Positions 18,451 to 27,732 of a DNA stretch of 64,000 nt are shown here, in pieces; position 1 is the first letter of the stretch, and each line of letters opens with the position of its first letter. A program made the position numbers and the translations under genes. The notes below the pieces were generated by a model, which was given only the letters and a program-made list of their open reading frames with translations, made no database searches and was not told the origin of the DNA. This DNA is from an uncultured Acidobacteriota bacterium (lineage in GTDB: Bacteria > Acidobacteriota > Thermoanaerobaculia > UBA5066), in contig CAVZPE010000008.1 of the NCBI GenBank assembly GCA_963776915.1, forward strand, positions 34,124 to 98,123, in the 5' to 3' direction.

Positions 18451-19622
18451 CGTCGGCCGAGGTCCTCCTCGTCGTCTTCTCGGGCGCGGCGGGGGCCATC
18501 GCGGGCTCGTTCGCGAACGTCTGCATCCACCGGCTCCCGCGCGGCGAGTCCGTGGTGCACCCGCCGTCGCGGTGCCCGAAGTGCGGCACGCGCGTCGCGT
18601 GGCACGACAACGTCCCGGTCCTCTCGTGGCTCCTCCTCGGCGGGCGCTGCCGCGCGTGCGGCGCGCCGATCTCTCCGCGCTATCCGCTCGTCGAGGCCGC
18701 GGGCGCCGGGATCTTCGCCGGCGCCGTTCTCCTGTGGGGCCCGACGCCGGTCGCCGCGGGCGGAGCGCTCCTCGCGCTCGCCGGGCTGATCCTCGTCGCG
18801 ACCGACCTCGGGGCCCGCACGCTCCCGGACGAGGTCACGCTCGGGACCCTCGCGCTCGGCCTCGTCGTGGCCGCGGTCCGCGACCGGGCCGCGGCGGTTG
18901 CGGGCGAGCCGTTCCTCTCCGCGCACGGCCACCTCGCCGAGGCCGTGCTCGGCGCCGCGGCGGGGGCCGCGTTCCTCGAGCTCGTGCGGCGCGCGTACCG
19001 CGCCGTCCGCGGCCAGGAGGGAATGGGAGGCGGAGACGTCAAGATGCTCGCGATGGCGGGGGCGTTCACCGGCCCGGCGGGCGTGTTCCTGACGCTCTTC
19101 TTCGCCTCGCTCGCGGGGACGGTGGTCGCGGGCGGCGCGTCCCTCGCGCGCCGCCTGAGGTGGGCGTCCGCCTTCGGCGCGGCGCGGCACGACGCGGCCC
19201 GCGCGAGCGCCGTCGCCCGGCAGGCCGGCCTCCTCGTGGGCGACGACGGACGCGTCGCCGCCGCGGGCGCGCGCTGGCGCGAGGTCCCCGGCGCCGCCGC
19301 GGAAGGGGAGCCCGTCGGGGCCGATCGCCGGGCCGCCGGCCGGCTCGTCGCGTTCGTCCGCCGCGCCCGCATCCGCGCGCGGAGAGGCGAGGGCTCCGCC
19401 TCGGGCCGCCTCCCGGTCGACGACGGCGCCGAGCTCTTCCGCGTCCTCGCGGCCCGCGCGGGAGGAACGCCCGCGGGCCTCCTCGTCCTCCTCGCGCGCG
19501 TGGACGTCCCGTTCGGCGTCTTCCTCGCGGCGGGAGCGGTCCTCGCGTTCGTCTTCGGGCGCGCGGCGCTCGCGGCGATCTTCGGCCCGCTGTCGCCGTT
19601 CCCCGCGAGGCTCCTCCCGTGA
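18447..19622 (+). CDS. pilD: prepilin peptidase (A24 family) with about 100 aa Ala/Arg-rich insertion before the last TM helix
   Basis: N-terminal CPKCGTRVAWHDNVPVLSWLLLGGRCRACG zinc finger, and catalytic region ...GGGDVKMLAMAGAF. GTG overlaps the upstream stop. Confidence 0.8.
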   Translation: MTSAEVLLVVFSGAAGAIAGSFANVCIHRLPRGESVVHPPSRCPKCGTRVAWHDNVPVLSWLLLGGRCRACGAPISPRYPLVEAAGAGIFAGAVLLWGPTPVAAGGALLALAGLILVATDLGARTLPDEVTLGTLALGLVVAAVRDRAAAVAGEPFLSAHGHLAEAVLGAAAGAAFLELVRRAYRAVRGQEGMGGGDVKMLAMAGAFTGPAGVFLTLFFASLAGTVVAGGASLARRLRWASAFGAARHDAARASAVARQAGLLVGDDGRVAAAGARWREVPGAAAEGEPVGADRRAAGRLVAFVRRARIRARRGEGSASGRLPVDDGAELFRVLAARAGGTPAGLLVLLARVDVPFGVFLAAGAVLAFVFGRAALAAIFGPLSPFPARLLP

Positions 19623-21394
19623 CGAGCCGCTCGTTCGAGCGCGAGGTCCGAAACGTGATCGTCGGCGGCCTCGTGACGCTCCTGTTCCTCGCGGGCACCG
19701 CGGCGGTCGTGCTCCGCAACACGACGGCGTGGGGCGTCGGCGAGAACGAGAGGCGCCTGGCGCGCGAGACGCGGTCCGCCGCCGAGGCCCTCGCGGCGAG
19801 CGCCGGTCCGGCGCGCGCGCTCCTCGAGGATGCGGGACCCGGGCGGGCCCTGCGCGAGGGCGGGGCCCGGAGCGCCGCGCTCTACGACGCGCACGGCGCC
19901 CGGCTCGCGGACGCCCCGTTCCTCCCCGGCGCCGGAGAGGCCCCCACGCTCCTCGGCCCGGAGGACCTCGCGACGTCCGAGCCGCTCGTGCGCGGCGGGG
20001 CCGCCGGGCCCGTCGTCCTCGTGGCCCTCCCGGGCGGCGGGCGCGTCCTGCGCGTGGCGTGGAACGACCCCGCCGTGGCCGCCGTCCGCCGCAACGCGCG
20101 GATCGTCCTCGTCGCGGTTCCGGCGGCGGCGGCGGTGCTCGTCGTGCTCGTCGTCCCGTTCCTCCGGCGCCTCATGGCTCCGATCGACGCGATCGCCCAG
20201 ACGGCGCGCGGGGCCGGGGACCTCGTCCCCCAGGTGGCGGCGCGCGCGGTGCGCGACGAGGCCGAGGGGGCGGCCGAGACGTTCGTGCGGACCGTCGAGG
20301 CCCTCAAGAAGCGCACGGAGGAGCTCGAGGGGCTGAGGCGCTCCGAGCAGCGCCGGGCCGACGTGCTCGCCGTGACGGCCGAGACGCTCGTGCGCTCGCA
20401 CCCGGGCGGCCTGCTCGTCGTCGACGCCGCGGGCCGCCTCGCCGAGGCGAACGGCCCCGCCCGCGCCGTCCTGGACCTCGCTCCGGAGGACGTGGGCCGC
20501 CCCGCCGCCGAGGCGCTCGCCGACGTCCCGGCCCTCGCGGCCGCGGCGGAACGGGCGCGGACGGGAGCCCCGACGCTCTCGACCGAGCTCGACCTCGGCG
20601 AGGGCACCGGGGCCCGCCTCCTCGAGGTCATCGCGGTGCCGATCCTCGACGCCACCGAGACCGTGCTCGGCGCGCTTCTCTTCGTCGAGGACCGGACCCG
20701 GACGCGGCGCCTGGAGCGCGAGCTGTCCTCGAGGCGGGAGCTCGCCGCTCTCGGCGAGATGTCCGCCGGGATCGCGCACGAGTTCCGCAACGCGACCGGG
20801 ACGATCCTCGGCTGGGCGCGGCTCGCGGCCCGGACGGACGATCCCCGGCTCCGGGCGCGGCATCTCGCCGCGATCCAGGCCGAGGCCGAGCACGTCGCGC
20901 GCGTGACGGGAGACTTCCTCTTCTTCGCGAAGCCCGAGAGGCTGGAGACGGCGCCCTGCGACCTCGAGGCGCTCGCGCGGGAGATCGCCGCCGAGCAGAA
21001 GGCGCTCACCCCGGCGCTTCACGTGGCCGTCCGCGGCACGTTCGCTCCCGCCCAGGCCGACGCGGCGCTCGTGAAGCGCGCGCTCGTGAACCTCGTCAAG
21101 AACGCGTGCGAGGCCGCCTCCGACCGTCCCGGCGGCGGCCGCGTCGTCCTGTCCGGAGAAGGGGGAGGCGCGGAGACCGTCCGCGTCGCCGTCGAGGACG
21201 ACGGGCCCGGCGTGCCGGAGGAGGCCGCCGCGAAGCTCTTCGTCCCGTTCTACTCGACGAAGGAGACGGGCACGGGCCTCGGGCTCGCGCTCGTCGCGAA
21301 GATCGCGGCGCTCCACCGCGGGAGCGTTTCGGTCGAGCGGTCGCGCGACCTCGGCGGCGCGCGCTTCGTGCTCTCTCTGCCCGCCGCGACCTGA
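19619..21394 (+). CDS. membrane sensor histidine kinase (PilS-like candidate)
   Basis: N-terminal TM helices, HisKA (EMSAGIAHEFRNATGTILG), and HATPase_c (GGGRVVLS...DDGPGVP...GTGLGLALV). The start overlaps the pilD stop. Confidence 0.7.
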   Translation: MTSRSFEREVRNVIVGGLVTLLFLAGTAAVVLRNTTAWGVGENERRLARETRSAAEALAASAGPARALLEDAGPGRALREGGARSAALYDAHGARLADAPFLPGAGEAPTLLGPEDLATSEPLVRGGAAGPVVLVALPGGGRVLRVAWNDPAVAAVRRNARIVLVAVPAAAAVLVVLVVPFLRRLMAPIDAIAQTARGAGDLVPQVAARAVRDEAEGAAETFVRTVEALKKRTEELEGLRRSEQRRADVLAVTAETLVRSHPGGLLVVDAAGRLAEANGPARAVLDLAPEDVGRPAAEALADVPALAAAAERARTGAPTLSTELDLGEGTGARLLEVIAVPILDATETVLGALLFVEDRTRTRRLERELSSRRELAALGEMSAGIAHEFRNATGTILGWARLAARTDDPRLRARHLAAIQAEAEHVARVTGDFLFFAKPERLETAPCDLEALAREIAAEQKALTPALHVAVRGTFAPAQADAALVKRALVNLVKNACEAASDRPGGGRVVLSGEGGGAETVRVAVEDDGPGVPEEAAAKLFVPFYSTKETGTGLGLALVAKIAALHRGSVSVERSRDLGGARFVLSLPAAT

Positions 21395-21397
21395 GAG

Positions 21398-21470
21398 CCC
21401 TGCCCGGGACCCGAAGGGCCGGGCCGGACCGGGCGCAGACAGGGTGGCGCCGCAGTCCGGCCCGGATGAC
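21398..21470. terminator. GC-rich hairpin between convergent genes
   Basis: GGGCCGGAC ... GTCCGGCCC inverted repeat between the HK stop (21394) and the DUF2231 gene stop (21486). Confidence 0.3.
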
Positions 21471-21485
21471 GGGCCGTCGTTGCGA

Positions 21486-22022
21486 TCAGTCGTCGTGCGC
21501 GGCGGGAGCCGTCGGGGATTCGGGCGAGGCCGGCATCAGGCTTCGAACGCCCAGCTCGTGGACGAGGCGACCGCCCTGGTGGGCCGTGTTCACGAGTGAA
21601 AAGGTGCCGGCGGCGTACATGAGAAGGAACAGGAGCGTGAAGGCGGTCGTCGGGACGCGCCTGAGCTCGCGCCTCATCAGCCGGGGAAGCGCGAGAAGGC
21701 CCGCGAAGACGATCGTCAGGAGAGTGAAGATCAGCCGCGTCCGCTCGGCGAGCTCCTCGTGGTGCTCGAGGACGCCCGCCACGGAGCCGGCGCGGTCGGC
21801 GAGTTTCCCCGCGGCCTCGCCGCTCGCCACGGCCACGAACGTCGCGGCGGTTCCGATCGCCATGAGAACGAGCGCCGCGAGCATCACCCCGCGCGACCGC
21901 TCGCCGAGAACGAGCCCGAGCAGGACGAGGAGCGGCGCGACGAGCAGGAGGGCGACCGGGAAGTGGACGACGAGCGGGTGAAGGCCGTCCAGCGAGCCCG
22001 GGAGGGGCGGGAGCCCGATCAT
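21486..22022 (-). CDS. DUF2231-like membrane protein
   Basis: 178 aa with four predicted TM helices (LHPLVVHFPVALLL...). Confidence 0.55.
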   Translation of the reverse strand: MIGLPPLPGSLDGLHPLVVHFPVALLLVAPLLVLLGLVLGERSRGVMLAALVLMAIGTAATFVAVASGEAAGKLADRAGSVAGVLEHHEELAERTRLIFTLLTIVFAGLLALPRLMRRELRRVPTTAFTLLFLLMYAAGTFSLVNTAHQGGRLVHELGVRSLMPASPESPTAPAAHDD

Positions 22023-22026
22023 CGGG

Positions 22027-22638
22027 TCACCCCACCTTCACGTAGCGGTCCTTCGGGTTGAAGCACGCGGGGCACTTCTCGAAATCGATCTTCGTCGTCG
22101 TGTAACCGCACACCGTGCAGACGTAAAGCGGTTCGGACGCCGAGCCCTTGGCTCCGTCGAGGCCGGCGAGCGCCGCCGTGTAGAGCTTGGCGTGCTCGGC
22201 CTCGGCCATCTTCGCCATGTTGAAGGTCTCGATGGCGTCGCGGTTCCCGTCCTGGCGCGCCTTCACGAGGAACTGCGGATACATCGTGTCGCGTTCGTAG
22301 GTCTCGCCCTCGAGGGCGGCCTTCAGGTTCTCGCGCGTCGACTTGACGTCCGCGGCCTTCAGGTCCGCTTTCGCCTCGACGCCGATCTTCTTCAGGACGT
22401 CGGCGTGGTTCTTCGCGTGGATCTCCTCGGCGCGCGCGGCGGCGCGGAAGAGGCTCGCCACCCGGCCGTAGCCTTCCTGGTCGGCCTTCGCGGCGAATGC
22501 GACGTAGCGCGCGCGGGCGTTGCTCTCGCCCTGGAAGGCGGCGAGCAGGTTCTCCTTCGTGGAGGTGGAGGTGGCGGCCGAGAGCGGGAGGGACGCGAGG
22601 GCCAGAGCGGTCACGACGAGGGTGGAGAAACGTTTCAT
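22027..22638 (-). CDS. rubrerythrin family protein with N-terminal signal peptide and C-terminal rubredoxin-like CxxC...CxxC
   Basis: Signal peptide MKRFSTLVVTALALASLPLSAA. Ferritin-like diiron motifs E...EEIHAKNH and E..AEAEH. C-terminal CTVCGY...CPAC. Confidence 0.75.
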   Translation of the reverse strand: MKRFSTLVVTALALASLPLSAATSTSTKENLLAAFQGESNARARYVAFAAKADQEGYGRVASLFRAAARAEEIHAKNHADVLKKIGVEAKADLKAADVKSTRENLKAALEGETYERDTMYPQFLVKARQDGNRDAIETFNMAKMAEAEHAKLYTAALAGLDGAKGSASEPLYVCTVCGYTTTKIDFEKCPACFNPKDRYVKVG

Positions 22639-22652
22639 CGGTGTGGACTCCT

Positions 22653-22694
22653 TTGCGCTCGATCGAGCGCAAGGGGCGTTTCAAGCCTCGTGCC
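22653..22694 (-). promoter_or_regulatory. candidate sigma-54 promoter (GGCACGAGGCTTGA on minus strand) plus perfect 20-bp palindrome TTGCGCTCGATCGAGCGCAA upstream of rubrerythrin
   Basis: Minus-strand motif with the same GGCACG-N4-TTGA spacing as the pilin promoters. The palindrome (22653-22672) sits between the motif and the AAGGAG RBS. Confidence 0.4.
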
Positions 22695-22793
22695 GAACGT
22701 CGCGCCGTGCCGGACTGCGTTCCTGCAGGGAGTTGCATCGGGCGCGGCCGCGTGCCGCGTCGAAATTTCCGGACGCCGTTCGGATTTTTCGAC

Positions 22794-24134
22794 TCAGTCG
22801 AGGCCGAGACGCCTGAGCCGGTACGACAGGTGGCTGCGCGAAACGCCGAGCCGGCGCGCCGCCTCCGCCTGGACTCCTCCGGCGTCGGCCAGCGCCCGCG
22901 CGACCAGCCCCCGCTCGAAGTGGTCGAGCTGCGCGCGAAGTCCGCCTTCGCTCTCCGGGGGGGCGGCCGATGGCGCGAGCGGCGGCAGGTCCCGGACCTC
23001 GATGCGGGGACCCCGTGCCAGGATCGCCGCGCGCTCCAGGAGATTTCGCAGCTCGCGGACGTTCCCGGGGAAGTCGTACGCCTGGAGCGCCGCGACGGCC
23101 TCCGGAGAGATGGACCGGGGCGCCAGCCGGAGGTCCCGCGTCACGGCCTCGAGCAGGTGCGCGGTCAGGAGCGGGACGTCCCCGCGCCGGGTGCGCAGCG
23201 GCGGCAGCGAGATCGGGACGACCGCGAGGCGGTAGTAGAGGTCCTCGCGGAACGTCCCGTCACGCACTCCCTGGAGGAGGTCGCGATGTGTCGCCGACAC
23301 GATTCTCACGTCCACGGTCCGCGAGGCGGTCGCGCCGATGTGCGTGACGCGCCCGTCCACGAGGACGCGCAGCATCTTGGCCTGGAGGGCCGGAGGCATC
23401 TCCCCGGCCTCGTCGAGGAAGAGCGTTCCCTTGTGCGCCGCCTCGAAGACGCCCGGGCGCGCGCGGTCGGCCCCCGTGAAGGCGCCGCGCTCGTGCCCGA
23501 AGAGCTCGCTTTCGAGCAGCGTCTCCGTGAAACCCGCGCAGTTCACGGCGAGAAACGGAGCGTTCGCGCGCCGGCTCGCGCGATGGAGGGCGCGCGCGAC
23601 GAGTTCCTTGCCCGTCCCGGTCTCGCCCGTGATCAGCACGGTCGCGTCCGTGGGGCCGACCCGGGCCACGAGCTCCTTGACGCGCGCCATCGACTCGCTT
23701 TCGCCGACGAGGTCCCCCCGGCCCGAGAGATCGCGAAGCTGGCCTTTCAGACGGTCGTTCTCGCGCAGGATCTCGGTGCGCTCCGCCGCACGGCCGATCG
23801 CGGCCAGGATCGTCTCGGGGACGAACGGCTTGCCGATCACGTCGAAAGCCCCCGCGCGCATCGCCGACACGGCGAGCTCGACCGTGGCGAACGCCGTGAG
23901 GACGAGGACGGGCACGAGCGGGTCCGCGGCGCGCATCTCCGCGAGGAGCGCGGTGCCGTCTCCGTCGGGGAGCTTCTGGTCGAGGACGATCGCGTCCCAG
24001 CTTCCGGCCGCGAAGGCACGCCGGGCGTCGGCGAGAGAACCCGCCTCGGACACCTCGTATCCCGCGGGGCGCAGGATCTCCACGAGGATCCGCCGGAGAT
24101 TGGGCTCGTCGTCAACCAGCAGCACGCGCGCCAC
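22794..24134 (-). CDS. sigma-54-dependent response regulator (NtrC family)
   Basis: Receiver (LLVDDE...D), AAA+ sigma-54 interaction domain (GETGTGKE, GAFTGA, ESELFGHERGAFTGA), and C-terminal HTH. I chose the GTG at 24134; the ORF ATG at 24242 adds a low-complexity N-terminus. Confidence 0.8.
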   Translation of the reverse strand: MARVLLVDDEPNLRRILVEILRPAGYEVSEAGSLADARRAFAAGSWDAIVLDQKLPDGDGTALLAEMRAADPLVPVLVLTAFATVELAVSAMRAGAFDVIGKPFVPETILAAIGRAAERTEILRENDRLKGQLRDLSGRGDLVGESESMARVKELVARVGPTDATVLITGETGTGKELVARALHRASRRANAPFLAVNCAGFTETLLESELFGHERGAFTGADRARPGVFEAAHKGTLFLDEAGEMPPALQAKMLRVLVDGRVTHIGATASRTVDVRIVSATHRDLLQGVRDGTFREDLYYRLAVVPISLPPLRTRRGDVPLLTAHLLEAVTRDLRLAPRSISPEAVAALQAYDFPGNVRELRNLLERAAILARGPRIEVRDLPPLAPSAAPPESEGGLRAQLDHFERGLVARALADAGGVQAEAARRLGVSRSHLSYRLRRLGLD

Positions 24135-25344
24135 GGGAGGCCTCCGGTTCGAGAGCGACGGACGGCGGAAGGGTGAGGGTGAACCGGACGTGCCCCGCGG
24201 CGTTCGAGGCGAGATGCACGTCTCCGCCGTGCTGCCTCGCAATCCCGCGCGCGATCGCGAGGCCGAGCCCGGTGCCGCGCGGACGGGTCGTGAAGAACGG
24301 CTCGAAGAGGCGCGGGACGGCCTCGGCGGGGACTCCCGGCCCGTCGTCCTCCACCTCGAGGGTCACGGAGTCCGGCCCGTGCCGGCAGACCAGGGAGACG
24401 CGGCCGCCGCGTCCGGCCGCCTCGACGCCGTTGAGGACGAGGTTCAGGAGAGCCTGCTGGAGCTGGTGCGGGTCGGCGTGCAGCACGAGCGCGTCGGGAG
24501 CCGAGCCTTCGACCGCGACGCCGCGGGCGTCCGCGTGCGCGCGGGCGAGCTCGACGACGTACCCGACGAGCGTCGTGGCGGCGGTCGGAGCCAGCCTCGG
24601 AGCCTTCGGGCCGGCGTAGGACAGGAAGTCGCCCGTGAGCGTCTCGAGGCGTCGGGCCTCCTGTGAGGCGATGGCACAGAGGGGCTCTGCGCCGGGGGTC
24701 GCGCAGCCCTTGCGTCGCGCGAGGTCGAGTGACGATACGATCATCGCAACCGGGTTCCGGATTTCGTGGGCGATCGCCGACGAGAGCCGTCCCACGGCGG
24801 CGAGCTTCTCCTCCTCCACGAGTCGATCGCGGGCCCGGCCCAGGTCGAGGAGGGACTCCGCGAGGCGAGCGCGTTCGTCACGGAGCTCCGAGACCAGGAT
24901 CGCGACGACGGCCGCCACCACGATGTAGATGAGGGCGACGCTCACCGCCTCGAACCACTCGTCCATCGTCACCGTGGCGTGAGTCCGCCCCCAGATGACG
25001 AGCTTGAGGAACGTCAGGCCGGTCACGATGGTGACGACGAACGCGATCCACGCGGGGGGCTTGCGGGCCGCGGCGGCGATGACCGGCAGGAGGAGAAGGA
25101 CGACGTAGTGGCTGTGCTCGAGCCCGCCCAGGAGCGAGAGGACGAACGCGAACGCGATGTTGAGCCCGATCGAGACGTCGGCCCACGCCGCAAGCGGTGC
25201 CGCCGCCGCCCCGTCGAGCCACGTGAGCTCGAGTGCCTGCATGAGAAAACGGCCCAGGAGCATGAAGAAGAAGGCGCGGGGCGGGGTCCCGAGGGCCGGT
25301 CCGAAGACGAGGTGGGCGACGACGATTCCCGCGAGCATCGTCAT
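24112..25344 (-). CDS. membrane sensor histidine kinase, partner of the downstream sigma-54 regulator
   Basis: Five or six TM helices, then HisKA (LSSAIAHEIRNP) and HATPase_c (DDGPGVP, GTGLGLAI). It overlaps the RR gene by 23 nt. Confidence 0.75.
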   Translation of the reverse strand: MTMLAGIVVAHLVFGPALGTPPRAFFFMLLGRFLMQALELTWLDGAAAAPLAAWADVSIGLNIAFAFVLSLLGGLEHSHYVVLLLLPVIAAAARKPPAWIAFVVTIVTGLTFLKLVIWGRTHATVTMDEWFEAVSVALIYIVVAAVVAILVSELRDERARLAESLLDLGRARDRLVEEEKLAAVGRLSSAIAHEIRNPVAMIVSSLDLARRKGCATPGAEPLCAIASQEARRLETLTGDFLSYAGPKAPRLAPTAATTLVGYVVELARAHADARGVAVEGSAPDALVLHADPHQLQQALLNLVLNGVEAAGRGGRVSLVCRHGPDSVTLEVEDDGPGVPAEAVPRLFEPFFTTRPRGTGLGLAIARGIARQHGGDVHLASNAAGHVRFTLTLPPSVALEPEASRGARAAG

Positions 25345-25495
25345 GTTCAGGAGGACGAGAAATTCCTCCTGTCGGCGGAGAGCGACGGCGCCGGAGGAGG
25401 GAGAAGGCAGATCGCGTGGAGGGCGGACCAGGCCAAAATCTTACGCTCGGAGGCCGGCGCAGCCGGCCATCGGACCGGGGCGGCTCCCGATCGCG

Positions 25496-26623
25496 TCAGC
25501 CGGCGGCCGGAGCCTGCGACGTCGGGCGGGCCGCGGCCTTCGTGCGCTTCTCGAGGAGGCCCTTGAACTGGTCCTTGTCGAGCGACTTCTCGAAGGCCTC
25601 CTCGGCGTCCACGGTGCCCGCGACGACGAGGTCCGCGAGGCTCTGGTCCATCCCGATCATCCCGGACGTGCGGCCCGTCTGGATGAGGGTGTTGATCATC
25701 GCCGTCTTGCCCTCGCGGATGTTGTTCGAGAGGGCGGACGACCCCCTCAGGACCTCGAACGCCGCGGCGCGGCCGCCGCCCTTCTTCTTGAGGAGCACCT
25801 GCGCGACGACGCCCTTGAGCACCTCGGCGAGCACCGTGCGCACCTGCTCCTGCTCCTCGGCCGGGAAGCTGTCGATGAGCCGGTCGACGGCCTTCGCGGC
25901 GGAGTTCGTGTGGAGGGTGCCGAAGACGAGGAGCCCGGTTTCGGCGGCCTGGAGCGCCATCGACATCGTGTCGAGGTCCCGGAGCTCGCCGACGAGGACG
26001 ACGTCGGGGTCCTCGCGGAGGGCCGCCTTGAGGGCGCCGGCGAACGTCGGCGTGTCGAAGCCGAGCTCGCGGTGGGAGATGACGGACTTCTGCGGCCGGT
26101 GGAGGAACTCGACGGGGTCCTCGATCGTGATGATGTGGGACGCCCGCGTCCGGTTGATCCAGTCGAGGAGCGCCGCGAGCGTCGTCGACTTGCCCGAGCC
26201 CGTGGGTCCCGTCACGAGGACGAGCCCGCGCGTGATGCGCGCGACGTTCGCGACGAGCGCGGGCAGCCCGAGCTCCTCGATCGCGAGGACGCGCGGCGGG
26301 ATCATGCGGAGGACGGCCCCGGAGCCGTGCTCCTGCCGGAAGAGGTTCACGCGGAAGCGCGCGATGTCGCCCATCGCGTACGCGAAGTCCGTGTCGCCCG
26401 TCGCCCGCCATTCGCGGAGCGGCTTCTCCGGCGCGATCGGAACGACGAGGCTCTCGTACTCCTCCTCCGTGAGCGTGCGCCACTTGAGGCGCTCGAGGTC
26501 TCCGTCCACGCGGATCATGGGCGGCGAGCCGACGGCGAGGTGGAGGTCCGACGCCTTCTTGTCGACCATGACCCTCAGGAGCTTGTCGACGCGGTTGACG
26601 CCCGGCTGGATGGAGGACTTCAT
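25496..26623 (-). CDS. pilT: twitching motility ATPase PilT
   Basis: ASDLHL, GPTGSGKSTT (Walker A), DPVEF, PilT signature. 375 aa. ATG overlaps the upstream stop (ATGA). Confidence 0.85.
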   Translation of the reverse strand: MKSSIQPGVNRVDKLLRVMVDKKASDLHLAVGSPPMIRVDGDLERLKWRTLTEEEYESLVVPIAPEKPLREWRATGDTDFAYAMGDIARFRVNLFRQEHGSGAVLRMIPPRVLAIEELGLPALVANVARITRGLVLVTGPTGSGKSTTLAALLDWINRTRASHIITIEDPVEFLHRPQKSVISHRELGFDTPTFAGALKAALREDPDVVLVGELRDLDTMSMALQAAETGLLVFGTLHTNSAAKAVDRLIDSFPAEEQEQVRTVLAEVLKGVVAQVLLKKKGGGRAAAFEVLRGSSALSNNIREGKTAMINTLIQTGRTSGMIGMDQSLADLVVAGTVDAEEAFEKSLDKDQFKGLLEKRTKAAARPTSQAPAAG

Positions 26624-27732
26624 TCGAGCGCCTGCCTCTCCTCGGCGAGGAGCTTCTCGAACGGCTCCTTCTTGACGGCCTTCTCCATCGCGAGCTCCGG
26701 GTCCACCTTGCCCTCCTCGCAGAGCTTCATGAGGGACTGGTCCATCGTGCACATGCCCGCGAGCTGGCCGGTCTGGAGCGCGGACGGGATCTGGTGCGTC
26801 TTGCCCTCGCGGATGAGCGCGGCGACCGCCGGCGTCGACCGGAGGATCTCGAACGCGGCGACGCGCCCGGCGAAGCCGCGCCGCGGGAGGAGCGCCTGCG
26901 AGAGCACGGCCTTCAGCGAGTCCGCGAGCATGACGCGGATCTGGCCCTGCTGGCCGGGCGGGAACGAGCTGATGACGCGGTCCACGGTGGAGGGCGCGTT
27001 CGTCGTGTGGAGCGTCCCGAGGACGAGGTGGCCCGTCTCGGAGGCCGTGATCGCGAGCGAGATCGTCTCGAGGTCGCGCATCTCGCCGACGAGGATGACG
27101 TCGGGGTCCTCGCGCAGGGCGGCCTTCAGGGCGCGCGCGAAGGAGGCGGTGTGGTGCGGCACCTGCCGCTGGTTCACGAGCGCCTCCTTGTTCAGGTGGA
27201 CGAACTCGACGGGGTCCTCGACCGTGATGATGTGGCAGGGCCGCGTCTCGTTGATGCGGTCGATGAGGGCCGCGAGGGTCGTGGACTTGCCGCAGCCCGA
27301 GGGCCCCGTCACGAGCACGAGGCCCTGCGTGAGCTTCAGGATGTCCGCGACCGTCGCCGGCGGGAGGCCGATCTCCTCGATCGTCGGAATCGTCTTCGGG
27401 ACGACGCGGAAGCAGGCGTCGAAGCCCCCGCGCTGCGAGAAGAAGTTCGCGCGGAAGCGTCCGAGGCCGGGCAGCTTGAGGCAGACGTCGATCTGGCGCT
27501 CGCGCTCGAGCCTCTTCCAGTCGTCCTCCGGCAGGACCTCGCGGATGAGCTGGGAGGCGCGGGCCCGCGTCATGACCGGCGCGTCGACGACCTCGAGGAG
27601 GCCCTGCATGCGCCGGTGCGGGATGAAGCCCGTCGCGAGGTGGAGGTCCGAGGCGCCGCGCTTGACCGTGTCCGCGAGGTACTCGACGAGGCGCGCCGAG
27701 TCGTTTCCCGCGAGCTCGACCGTCTGGACCTC
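26620..27732 (-). CDS. pilU: PilT/PilU-like retraction ATPase; no start codon in frame, N-terminus apparently continuous with the upstream HEAT-repeat ORF after a 1-nt shift
   Basis: GASDLHL, GPSGCGKSTT, HIITVEDPVEF. The ORF track starts at M 27609, but PilT-like homology (EVQTVELAGNDSARLVEYLADTVKRGASDLHLATGFIPHRR) continues upstream to about 27732 with no ATG/GTG/TTG. Confidence 0.7.
   Translation of the reverse strand, partial: EVQTVELAGNDSARLVEYLADTVKRGASDLHLATGFIPHRRMQGLLEVVDAPVMTRARASQLIREVLPEDDWKRLERERQIDVCLKLPGLGRFRANFFSQRGGFDACFRVVPKTIPTIEEIGLPPATVADILKLTQGLVLVTGPSGCGKSTTLAALIDRINETRPCHIITVEDPVEFVHLNKEALVNQRQVPHHTASFARALKAALREDPDVILVGEMRDLETISLAITASETGHLVLGTLHTTNAPSTVDRVISSFPPGQQGQIRVMLADSLKAVLSQALLPRRGFAGRVAAFEILRSTPAVAALIREGKTHQIPSALQTGQLAGMCTMDQSLMKLCEEGKVDPELAMEKAVKKEPFEKLLAEERQALE

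Noticed and set aside
26620-27609. Taking ORF 26620..27609 (ATG at 27609) as the complete pilU gene
   Set aside because: The protein would lack the conserved N-terminal region (ASDLHL-containing) that is clearly encoded upstream in the same frame. The boundary was extended to about 27732 and flagged.
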